DNA from: Candidatus Azotimanducaceae bacterium
Lineage (GTDB): Bacteria > Pseudomonadota > Gammaproteobacteria > Pseudomonadales > Azotimanducaceae
NCBI GenBank assembly: GCA_965217655.1
Contig: OZ244560.1
Location: 1,828,936 to 1,892,935 of the forward strand
DNA: 64,000 bases
Reading direction: 5' to 3'
The stretch's first letter is position 1, and the number at the start of each line of letters is the position of its first letter. The translations under genes were made by a program, and so were the position numbers. The notes beneath the pieces were generated by a model. That model was not told where the DNA came from. It did not search any database and saw only the letters and a list, made by a program, of their open reading frames with translations. Positions 39,986 to 47,900 of the stretch are shown one piece after another.

Positions 39986-40126
39986 GGCGGGGATACTACA
40001 GGGGGTGTCTATAAATGTCAACACCCTAAAATACGATTATGGCACTACATTAGCATTCTGGCGATCCGCTTCAATACAAATCAGCGACTTACGAGCAGAA
40101 AAACTTCAAAAAATTGGCAAAACAGC

Positions 40127-40315
40127 TCATTTAACCACGCAATGTGTTAAACATGGGCTAGCGTATTTTTCGAGAGCGAAGTTCGCTGTCTGAATTTCGA
40201 ATATGACCACGGCCAAGCCACCGAATACTGTACACGCCAGTACTACCCAAAGCATGGGGGGGGTGATTCGTCCGCGAGTAAACCAGTCGAACACTTTGAA
40301 TATAATCTCAAGCAT
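40127..40315 (-). CDS. Small hypothetical TM protein downstream of the RM gene
   Basis: 62-aa ORF, 11 nt after the MmeI-like stop, with one clear TM helix. Coding status is uncertain. Confidence 0.3.
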   Translation of the reverse strand: MLEIIFKVFDWFTRGRITPPMLWVVLACTVFGGLAVVIFEIQTANFALEKYASPCLTHCVVK

Positions 40316-40325
40316 GTGCTTGTCA

Positions 40326-43115
40326 CTACCTCAGGTTCGTGCGCTTTGTCTTCCCTTTGATTCCAACCCCCAGTGGTGAGAGCATTTTATCATAGAGCAT
40401 GAACAGACATTCTATACGCTCACGCTCAGAGGTGAATCCTTTGCGGCTGTATAGCCTGTCCACCGCACGGTCAAGGCGCCTATGCGCTTGGCGCAGGTTT
40501 GGCGGCATGATGTCGGGATCATAGAGATCGGCCAATGTCGCGTCAGGATGTGCGGCTCGGGCATCAAGTACGTCTTGAGCCAGCGGCTCCATTTTCGACA
40601 TGTCAGCGTCTTCCTGTGGGGCCGGGAAGGTATTGTAGACAAGGCCGATGGAATAACGGTAATCGCTCTTTAGCCGACCACCAACATGTCGCAACCAGGC
40701 CATGTGCATAGCAGAGGTCAGTAGCGCGAAGTCCACCAAGGTGGCATTTTCCAGTAAGCGAACGAGGTTGCTCGGGATAACCGGTGGCTCCAACCAGCCA
40801 ATGGGCACATATTCCCGGCGCTCCGAGCTGACTTCTGGAATGACCAGAAACGGCGTGGTAGGTAGAACGTTAACATGATAAATCGCTGGTGTTTCTGCCA
40901 ACTTTTGCGTAGGTCGGCTCCTACTGGCTTTCCGGTATGCTCGGACTGCTGCAATTCGTTCCCGCACACGAGGAAGCCGCGCCAGCAAATTCGGCGGTGT
41001 GTCATGCAGGACTAATATCCAGCGTGCACCGCCTTGCAGATATTCCCGCGCGCCGACATAAGGGTGCAGTAAGGACTCGGCATCTGGTTCGATGTCCAAA
41101 AACGCCGCCCGCTCATCTGCGTCAAAGATGAAATTCCCGCCATCAATTGGCTTCGAGCCGATGATAAGCCTACCCATCCCGTTGATCGGCCTGATTTCCT
41201 CATGCACTGTGAGATGGGGGTTAGCAAGCCCACCTGCGTCGAACAGGTAGGGCGACAGCTTGGCATGATGGCTTTCTTCTGGTTCGCCGTTGATATCGGG
41301 ATAGCTGAACAGGCGTTTGTCTGCTCTCGTGTTTTCATTCTTGTCGAGGCCGACAATCACGACATGTACATGCGCTTTACCGCGTACGTCGGACCCCCAG
41401 TTGAAAGTGCGGTGAGCGAAGGCGATTTCCAGCTGGCAGCGGTCGAACAAGACCGGCCACAGTTGTGCCGCCTGCTCACCCTGACTGATCGAATTGGTCG
41501 CAACAAATCCGATCCGAGCTTTGCTTGTCCTGACATACTCCCCTGCCTTTAGCAACCATGCAGTCACATAGTCAAGCGTGCCGCCGGTCTTGCCGAGCGC
41601 GGCAATCCTTCGCACCTGGGCGCGCTGCACCTCTGTCTGTAACTTCGCGCCCACGAAGGGCGGATTGCCGAATACGAAGGAGCACGCTTCCGGCGGCAGC
41701 AATTCCGACCATTCGGTTTCCAGCGCGTCCCCGTGCATGATGTGCGGTGACGTTCGCAAGGGGATGCGTACATAAATCTGACCAAACTCCAGGCTGAGTC
41801 GATTATTCATGATGTGGTCCATCATCCACATTGCGGTTTCTGCGATGCGAGTCGGGAACTCACCAATTTCAATTCCGTAGAACTGATCGACATCGATCAG
41901 CGATATTGTTTCCGTATACATGCCCCTTTGACGTGAATGGAGAGGATACAGTTCTTTCAGCACTTCGATTTCAAGCGTGCGCAATTCCCGGTAAGCAATG
42001 ATAAGGAAGTTGCCGCATCCGCAGGCGGGGTCGAAGAACCGCATCCGCCCAAGCTTCTCTTGAAGCTGGCGCAACGCTGCTAGACGACGACTATCCTTAC
42101 GGTTTTTAAGCCGCAAGAATTCAGCCTGCAGATCGTCCATGAACAGAGGCTCGATCACCTTCAGGATGTTCTTCTCGGTGGTGTAGTGTGCACCTTGGGC
42201 ACGGCGGACATCCGGGTCCATCACCGATTGAAACAGTGCGCCGAAAATCGCAGGTGAGATGTTCGTCCAGTCAAAGCGGCAGGCGTCGAGTAGCGCCTCT
42301 CGCATGGTCGTGTTGAAAGCCGGGATACGCAAAGGCCCGTTGAACAGGTCGCCATTGATATAAGGGAAGCGTACAAGGTCTTCGTCCAACGTTGCAGTGC
42401 GGTCAACCTCCGGCGTATCCAGTACCTGGAACAGTTGCGATAACAAAGGTCCGAGATCGGCACCGTCTACACTTGTGCGCGTCTCGATGAAATCGAGGAA
42501 GATGTCGCGCGGCTCGAAGATGCCAGTGTCATCGGCGAACAGGCAAAACACAGTTCGAACCAGGAAACATTCAAGATCGTGACCACGGTAACCCGCCTCG
42601 TCGAGGGCATCGTGCAGCCGCCCGACCAATTCGGCAGCCTTGATATTGGCCGGATCCTGGTCGCGGAAGGTCCGTCGTTGTATACCGAGGATGAAACCGA
42701 AGTGCTCTACATGATCTGGCAGATCTTCAAGGGCGAATGCAACCTTCCTGCGCTCGTCAAGATCGTGCAATTCGAAGGTCTGAAAGTCACTCACCAGGAT
42801 GTAGCGGGGACGGTCTCGTTCCGGGAGAGCATCAAAATATTTCCCGGCCTGATCGTAGGCTTTGTCGAGATCGCGCCCGGCGCTCTTCTGCTCTACTATC
42901 AGGACACTCGGCCAGAACAGGTCGATAAATCCCGACCGGTTGTCCAGCTTCGCCACATGCTCTTCGTAACGAGCAACGGTACGGCGCTTTACCCCAAACA
43001 CCTCAAAGAATTCATTATAGAAACTTTGCGTCTCTCCCTTCTCGTATGCAGCATCTTGCCAGTCTGTGGTAAAAACAGAAGCACGGGTGCGAATTTCATT
43101 CCATGAAAGGCGCAT
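40326..43115 (-). CDS. MmeI-family type IIL (type IIG) restriction-modification enzyme
   Basis: The N-terminus MRLSWNEIRTRA...SFYNEFFEVFGV...GFIDLFWPSVLIVEQKSAGRDLDKAYDQAGKYF parallels the MmeI N-terminus as I remember it, including the D-X9-EXK nuclease motif (D65, E75, K77). Methylase motif I is FDPACGCGNFLI and motif IV is FGNPPFVG. 929 aa. Confidence 0.85.
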   Translation of the reverse strand: MRLSWNEIRTRASVFTTDWQDAAYEKGETQSFYNEFFEVFGVKRRTVARYEEHVAKLDNRSGFIDLFWPSVLIVEQKSAGRDLDKAYDQAGKYFDALPERDRPRYILVSDFQTFELHDLDERRKVAFALEDLPDHVEHFGFILGIQRRTFRDQDPANIKAAELVGRLHDALDEAGYRGHDLECFLVRTVFCLFADDTGIFEPRDIFLDFIETRTSVDGADLGPLLSQLFQVLDTPEVDRTATLDEDLVRFPYINGDLFNGPLRIPAFNTTMREALLDACRFDWTNISPAIFGALFQSVMDPDVRRAQGAHYTTEKNILKVIEPLFMDDLQAEFLRLKNRKDSRRLAALRQLQEKLGRMRFFDPACGCGNFLIIAYRELRTLEIEVLKELYPLHSRQRGMYTETISLIDVDQFYGIEIGEFPTRIAETAMWMMDHIMNNRLSLEFGQIYVRIPLRTSPHIMHGDALETEWSELLPPEACSFVFGNPPFVGAKLQTEVQRAQVRRIAALGKTGGTLDYVTAWLLKAGEYVRTSKARIGFVATNSISQGEQAAQLWPVLFDRCQLEIAFAHRTFNWGSDVRGKAHVHVVIVGLDKNENTRADKRLFSYPDINGEPEESHHAKLSPYLFDAGGLANPHLTVHEEIRPINGMGRLIIGSKPIDGGNFIFDADERAAFLDIEPDAESLLHPYVGAREYLQGGARWILVLHDTPPNLLARLPRVRERIAAVRAYRKASRSRPTQKLAETPAIYHVNVLPTTPFLVIPEVSSERREYVPIGWLEPPVIPSNLVRLLENATLVDFALLTSAMHMAWLRHVGGRLKSDYRYSIGLVYNTFPAPQEDADMSKMEPLAQDVLDARAAHPDATLADLYDPDIMPPNLRQAHRRLDRAVDRLYSRKGFTSERERIECLFMLYDKMLSPLGVGIKGKTKRTNLR

Positions 43116-43422
43116 TGTTACATTGCCCGTTTTACATGCACATCTTTCTTGCCCACACTTTTGTGTATGTACCGTACCTCACCTACCAGAGTACGGTTAT
43201 TACCTGCAGTGTGCCGTCTTGGAAGCCGAACCACATTATCGTGCACTTGCCACACATTGATCTTCGCCATCGCATTCTTCCAAACACTTGTCTTCACGTC
43301 AGAATGATACCACGGTGAAATGGTCAATCGTCAGTGACGCATTTGTACATTTGAAACAAGCACCTGCGGGTAAGATTTTCAATCAGAATCCCCAATACCC
43401 CACTAAACATGGTGTTTCTAAG

Positions 43423-43581
43423 TCATGTAGAAGCCGAGTCGCATATTGACGATTCATAATCAGTGGCAGAGACAAACCCATCTAGGATTTTTGCTTTTTC
43501 ACTCCATCTGGCGTCGTGGTACTTCATCTGGACACTTCTCAGTAGCTCCATTCGTGCTGAGAAACACATCATTTTCGTCAT
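43423..43581 (-). pseudogene. N-terminal scrap of an integrase-type (rve) transposase
   Basis: Manual translation gives MTKMMCFSARMELLRSVQMKYHDARWSEKAKILDGFVSATDYES. This resembles the HTH leader (..RY..AS..EK..ILDEF...TGY.RK) of DDE transposases and is truncated after 52 aa. Confidence 0.4.
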
Positions 43582-43835
43582 CTAAATACTCTAATCAGTC
43601 CCAAGATAGTGTGATTTTAGATGAGGCAGCGATCCTTCATTAGTGTGATTTTTAGTGAGTCAATGCGGGGCCTCAGGATTGTCAGAAATATTGCGAGATG
43701 ATAAAAAGTCTAGCATCTCTTGGACGCCTTGGTCATCAAACCCTTGGGCACGAAGGAAGTCTGCGTTTTGTTGTTGAGTCGCCAACCGGATCACGTCTGT
43801 CTCCAGTGATTGGGAAGCGATCAATTCAAGCAAGC

Positions 43836-44306
43836 TTACCTCCCCGACACCCGTTCAACGTACTCTTTCACCAGGAGCAGATTCTCCATTGAACCCTCCA
43901 GCAAAAGGTCCATGGGCGCCTTGCCTTTCAAAACTTTCTGGGGTTCTCTCAGCCATTCGTTCTCAACAGCCTCGTCTCGAAAGAGAGCGGACAACAACTT
44001 TCTGATCTGAAAGAGATGGGCAATTCGGTCTTTTGCATCTCTTCCAGTAAGAGTCTCGTTCCCCTGTAGCACGGCATTCACGTATGGCATCCGAGAAGGT
44101 TCCATTCCCAGCAAAATACAGGCTTTTTCTGCTTCCAATTGCCAGGTAGAGAGCAGTTGATTGACGAACCTGATAGGACCAGTGATTCTGCCACGGTAGG
44201 AGGGTCGTATTGTCGTTTGTGCTTCATCACGGAGTAATGCTGCTTGTTGTAACCCAAGGACAACTAATAGTCGCTGTAGTGATCGATTTATCTCCTGCAA
44301 TCGCAA
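43836..44306 (-). CDS. Xre/MbcA/ParS-type antitoxin (DUF2384 toxin-binding domain), orphan
   Basis: The C-terminal ENEWLREPQKVLKGKAPMDLLLEGSMENLLLVKEYVERV is the DUF2384 signature (W....N..LgG..P..ll.t..G...V...L). TTG start. No RES or other toxin ORF lies downstream. Confidence 0.65.
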   Translation of the reverse strand: MRLQEINRSLQRLLVVLGLQQAALLRDEAQTTIRPSYRGRITGPIRFVNQLLSTWQLEAEKACILLGMEPSRMPYVNAVLQGNETLTGRDAKDRIAHLFQIRKLLSALFRDEAVENEWLREPQKVLKGKAPMDLLLEGSMENLLLVKEYVERVSGR

Positions 44307-44345
44307 ATGAACCTCGCCTAAAAAGATGAAGAGCCCCCGTTTTAC

Positions 44346-44877
44346 TGGACACCCAGTTAAGCACTTTCCTGCTCAAACTGCATCGGAATTTTATTTCCGA
44401 TAGCTGAATGTCTTCTTTTTATCTTTTTCGGTTGTAATATATTTCACCCGACTCATGAGACGAATTGGCCAGGTCTTCTTATGCGCATCAATGAATCGAT
44501 ACCTCAAGATATCGACAGCTATCGCAGTCTTGTACATGATTTTTCCTGCATGAAGAAGACCGACGCTTTCAGGACATCTTTCTCCATCCATAAGCGCCGG
44601 TTTTCAGACTCCAAGTCCCGAATCCTCTTCTGATCCGGAGTCAACTTACCCTGGCCTGGGAACGCATCGCTTCCGTCAGCCTCCAATGCGAGCTGCCAGC
44701 GCCTGATTTGATTTGGGTTTACGTCCAAACTCCGGCCAGCTTCTGCTTTGCTGTAGCCGTGTTCTGTCACCAGACTCTCCGCCTCGCGTTTGAACTCAAG
44801 GGTATATCTTTTTCTTGTGCGTTTGCTCATAGAGCACCTCGTTTTGAATCATTATATAGCTCTTAACCTGGTGTCCA
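44346..44877 (-). mobile_element. Internally deleted IS3-family element (both IRs, orfA, stub of orfB)
   Basis: The ends TGGACACCAGGTTAAGAGC (reverse complement of 44859-44877) and TGGACACCCAGTTAAGCAC (44346-) form an imperfect inverted repeat; 16 of 20 aligned bases match when one flanking base is included. Only about 530 bp lie between them. Confidence 0.65.
44519..44830 (-). CDS. IS3-family transposase OrfA (HTH)
   Basis: MSKRTRKRYTLEFKREAESLVTEHGYSKAEAGRSLDVNPNQIRRWQ...LESENRRL. ORF 44391..44591 carries an orfB stub (YRFIDAHKKTWPIRLMSRV). Confidence 0.8.
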   Translation of the reverse strand: MSKRTRKRYTLEFKREAESLVTEHGYSKAEAGRSLDVNPNQIRRWQLALEADGSDAFPGQGKLTPDQKRIRDLESENRRLWMEKDVLKASVFFMQEKSCTRLR

Positions 44878-45074
44878 GAATTTCGGGGGAAGATCAGCTC
44901 TTAACATTGGACAAAATTGGAAGTGGATTCATTGGCAATCTTCGGATATTATTGATTTTGTGACGTGAACACCACGACAACGGAATTAAGGCGGCTCGAC
45001 GATTGAACGTTTTCGCCATGCGCGGAAACAAAAAAGTCCCAAGGGCCGCCGTCCTATCCAGGGCCGTCCTTGTT

Positions 45075-45866
45075 CTAGGACGGCCCTAAGTATTTTTCAA
45101 CATTTGGTACGAATGTCAGATACTGGCCGAATACACGATATTTCAGGTCCCACAAAGTCTTTTTTGACAGTTTGTTGGGGAACGAAGGTCTGTCACGCGT
45201 AACCGCGTGCTCAGGATCAAGCGTGTCGATCATCGCATGAACCACGATCCCGTAACGAAGGAGTCTCTGGCGTTCAGATGTGTGTCGGGTCCGAAACAGG
45301 GTTTGTGTCAAGTATTTTAACCATCTTTGGGCTTCAGGATTACATTCCATCAGTCGTATGAACTCTATGAACAAAATCGTTTCCTGTTGACCGTCGTTGT
45401 GTCGGGTCATCATAAGTTCTCCGACCGCACGCTGCGATATTCTATCGACGAGCCGAGTCCTGCGAGATGCGATGTGATTCATGAAACTTTGAAGCTGCAT
45501 GCCACGAATATCCTGAGTAATCGATACATACAGCGCTTTGCGGTGAAGTATCTCGATATTAGCCCATAGGTTCACCATCAGGAAAGTAAGGCTGGTGAAG
45601 TCCCTGTTCTCGATGCGTCCAGCTAATGGGTCTACATCGTAGATGCTTTGAAAGTCCTCTTGTGCCAGCGACAGTAGTTTGCCTACTAATTCATCGGCAG
45701 ACTTCAGCAAAGGGTCGAGGTGCTCATCAATGAATCGCTCTGATGTTATCTTTCTCTCGGAACGGCGGCTATAATGCTGGTACAGAATTTCCAATCCTTT
45801 GGCGGAAAAGGCTCCAAAAAAGCCAGCGGAAGCCCCCACTATAAACAGTTTTAACCACTCATCCAT
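45075..45866 (-). CDS. Hypothetical protein with one N-terminal TM helix
   Basis: 263-aa AT-rich ORF (WLKLFIVGASAGFFGAFSAKGL). No motif recognised. A GGGCCGTCCT/AGGACGGCCC hairpin overlaps its stop. Confidence 0.5.
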   Translation of the reverse strand: MDEWLKLFIVGASAGFFGAFSAKGLEILYQHYSRRSERKITSERFIDEHLDPLLKSADELVGKLLSLAQEDFQSIYDVDPLAGRIENRDFTSLTFLMVNLWANIEILHRKALYVSITQDIRGMQLQSFMNHIASRRTRLVDRISQRAVGELMMTRHNDGQQETILFIEFIRLMECNPEAQRWLKYLTQTLFRTRHTSERQRLLRYGIVVHAMIDTLDPEHAVTRDRPSFPNKLSKKTLWDLKYRVFGQYLTFVPNVEKYLGPS

Positions 45867-45972
45867 ACCAAATGCCTATCTATACCACTGCCATCTTCAT
45901 ACTTATTCGAAAGAGTAGGATATGTTTTGACTGCTATTAGTACCTTTTCCCTGGCCATATGTTGTCATTAAT

Positions 45973-46872
45973 CTATAGATTGATGAAGGTTGTTTCCTTT
46001 GGGAGGGTTATTCGTAATTTGTCCGCGATTCTTCCACGATGACACTGGTTATGGGATTCTTCAAAACAGGTTATCGCGATACGACGATTACAGTGGAAGT
46101 CATCCTCCAGTTCCTTAACTTTCTCTATTTGTTGTTCCAATACAGTTCTCTCATATTTCTTGAAAAGTGCATCGTAATCTGATTGTCTGTTCAAAGATTG
46201 CCGGTCATTCGATTCAATCCCCAGCTCTGGCAGATGCTTGTATTTAATAGAAAAATCACTTAGAAGTTTAGACAAGACGGTTTTCGAAAAACCATATTTC
46301 CTGCTAAAGGGATTCTTTCTGACATCAATTAGCATCCTTACATCATTGACAATGAGTTTAGTAAGGTAAGCTTCAATACTTAATCCCTCGTATCCTATTG
46401 TTGCAAACAAGGTTTTATAAAGAAATTTTGGACGGAGTTTGATAACATTTTCAAGGTCTTGACCTGACAGAGTTTCATCCAGTATCTCGCTGTTAATTGC
46501 ATAAAAGGGATAGTTCTTATAGATGTGCCTTACAAGATTCTTTCCTTTCAGTTCACCATATCTTTCTACATAAAGAGCCATTTTTTTGTCATCATTCCTG
46601 CTCAATTCTGATACGTAATTGTTGCCAGTCCGTGTAAGTTTCCAAGCACTGGTATCTTCCAGGTATCCAATGTCAATCAGCTTTCGTTTGTCCTTTACAG
46701 CCTGAAAGGAATAACAACCAAATCGATAGGGAACAAAATCATAGCTTTTCTTGTTTTCGCAAAGTCTTGTATATAGAAAAAGATGTTTTTGAAAATCAGT
46801 AGATGTCAGCACGCCTTCAAAGTGTTGTATCAAGGCGAGGAGTACCTTTTGTCGATAAAACAGCTTTGGCAT
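45973..46872 (-). CDS. DUF488-domain protein with an N-terminal YwgA/Panacea-like winged-helix extension
   Basis: The C-terminal half TIGYEGLSIEAYLTKLIVNDVRMLIDVRKNPFSRKYGFSK...LPELGI and CFEESHNQCHR fit the DUF488 pattern. The N-terminal FVPYRFGCYSFQAVKD...GYL resembles YwgA-like wHTH. The ATG at 46872 is preferred over the TTG at 46884. Confidence 0.55.
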   Translation of the reverse strand: MPKLFYRQKVLLALIQHFEGVLTSTDFQKHLFLYTRLCENKKSYDFVPYRFGCYSFQAVKDKRKLIDIGYLEDTSAWKLTRTGNNYVSELSRNDDKKMALYVERYGELKGKNLVRHIYKNYPFYAINSEILDETLSGQDLENVIKLRPKFLYKTLFATIGYEGLSIEAYLTKLIVNDVRMLIDVRKNPFSRKYGFSKTVLSKLLSDFSIKYKHLPELGIESNDRQSLNRQSDYDALFKKYERTVLEQQIEKVKELEDDFHCNRRIAITCFEESHNQCHRGRIADKLRITLPKETTFINL

Positions 46873-47048
46873 TAAGGCATCCAAAATTGAAATTATAGCT
46901 GACTAGGTATCAAAATCCGCAAAATTAAGAGCATGATTCCACGAATTGGACAGCATTATATGGAGATTTTGCGCTCAATCTCTGTAGGTAAACGACTCTG
47001 TTGTCGTATTACTGTGCCCTTGAGAGCCATCTGCGAACACCCTGATTC

Positions 47049-47135
47049 AAGTAAACTGTCTCTCGAAAAGGAATTTAGTAAACTGACCCGAATAGCGAAT
47101 AGCCCGCTGAATTAAGTAAACTGTCCCCCGAAAAG
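47049..47135. repeat. Three dispersed direct repeats AAGTAAACTGTCyCyCGAAAAG upstream of the GST gene
   Basis: Copies lie at 47049-47070, 47076-47095 (degenerate) and 47114-47135. Copies 1 and 3 are 20/22 identical. Confidence 0.6.
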
Positions 47136-47153
47136 CGATGAGAGGTCAATATA

Positions 47154-47786
47154 TTGAAAATCTATCATGTCAAAGGTACTCGCGGTTTCAGGGTAATTTG
47201 GGCCGCAGAGGAACTTGGCCTGGATTATGAGGTGGTTCCGGTGGATTACTCACCAGCTTACAGAGCCAGTTCCGAATGGCGACGAATCAGTCCAGTGGGC
47301 AAACTGCCAATACTGACAGACGGGGACCTGACCATGTGGGAATCAGGCGCAATGGTCCAGTATCTGGTCGATCGGTACGGAAACGGCCGGTTGCAGCCCC
47401 CGCCAGGTACACTAAAACACGCACTGTATCTACAGTGGAGTTGGTTCGCCGAGGCGACCTTCGCCCGACCCCTGGGTGAAATCGCCAACCATCGACGGGA
47501 ATTCCCCGACGATGCAGAGTTACCCGGTGCAATTCCCGAGATGAAACGTCGTGCCGGACTTTGCGTCAACGCGGTCAATCAGGCTCTGGAAGGAAGCGAA
47601 TTTATACTCGGAGAAACATTCACAGCGGCAGACATCATACTCGGTTATACCGTCATGCTCGCCATTAGAATGCTGGATGAGCCACTGCCACACGACATGG
47701 CAGCGTACTGGCAACGACTGCAGTTACGTCCCGCGTTTCAGGCCTGCCTGCGGGCGGACGAAACTGCAGAAATAACGACAGTATGA
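47154..47786 (+). CDS. Glutathione S-transferase
   Basis: MKIYHVKGTRGFRVIWAAEELGL...GKLPILTDGDLTMWESGAMVQYL. TTG start with a GAGAGG RBS. Confidence 0.8.
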   Translation: MKIYHVKGTRGFRVIWAAEELGLDYEVVPVDYSPAYRASSEWRRISPVGKLPILTDGDLTMWESGAMVQYLVDRYGNGRLQPPPGTLKHALYLQWSWFAEATFARPLGEIANHRREFPDDAELPGAIPEMKRRAGLCVNAVNQALEGSEFILGETFTAADIILGYTVMLAIRMLDEPLPHDMAAYWQRLQLRPAFQACLRADETAEITTV

Positions 47787-47900
47787 ATACAACTCCGCAA
47801 TCCCCCGTCACTGCATGTGGTGACGCAGCGACCTCCCCCACTTCAAGGTACCCTTTGCATACGGAAAGTTCTGCCTTAAGAGATTGACAAGGAACTGGAT

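Larger units (their letters stand above)
28450..47140. other. Mosaic accessory (genomic) island
   Basis: A dense set of IS fragments, abrupt block-wise composition shifts visible by eye, defence-type cargo, and no housekeeping genes. Exact borders are not determinable from this window. Confidence 0.6.

Noticed and set aside
38121-40052. TGGCACTACA direct repeat as a definitive target-site duplication of the IS1634-family element
   Set aside because: I could not find matching terminal inverted repeats immediately inside the two copies. A 10-bp coincidence in AT-rich DNA cannot be excluded without the family IR consensus.
43118-43327. 69-aa ORF ending 2 nt before the MmeI-like ATG, considered as a controller (C) protein
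   Set aside because: It has a TTG start and no helix-turn-helix pattern. Its sequence looks more like degenerate transposase (rve) debris continuing from the scrap at 43423-43581. Evidence is insufficient to call it a gene.
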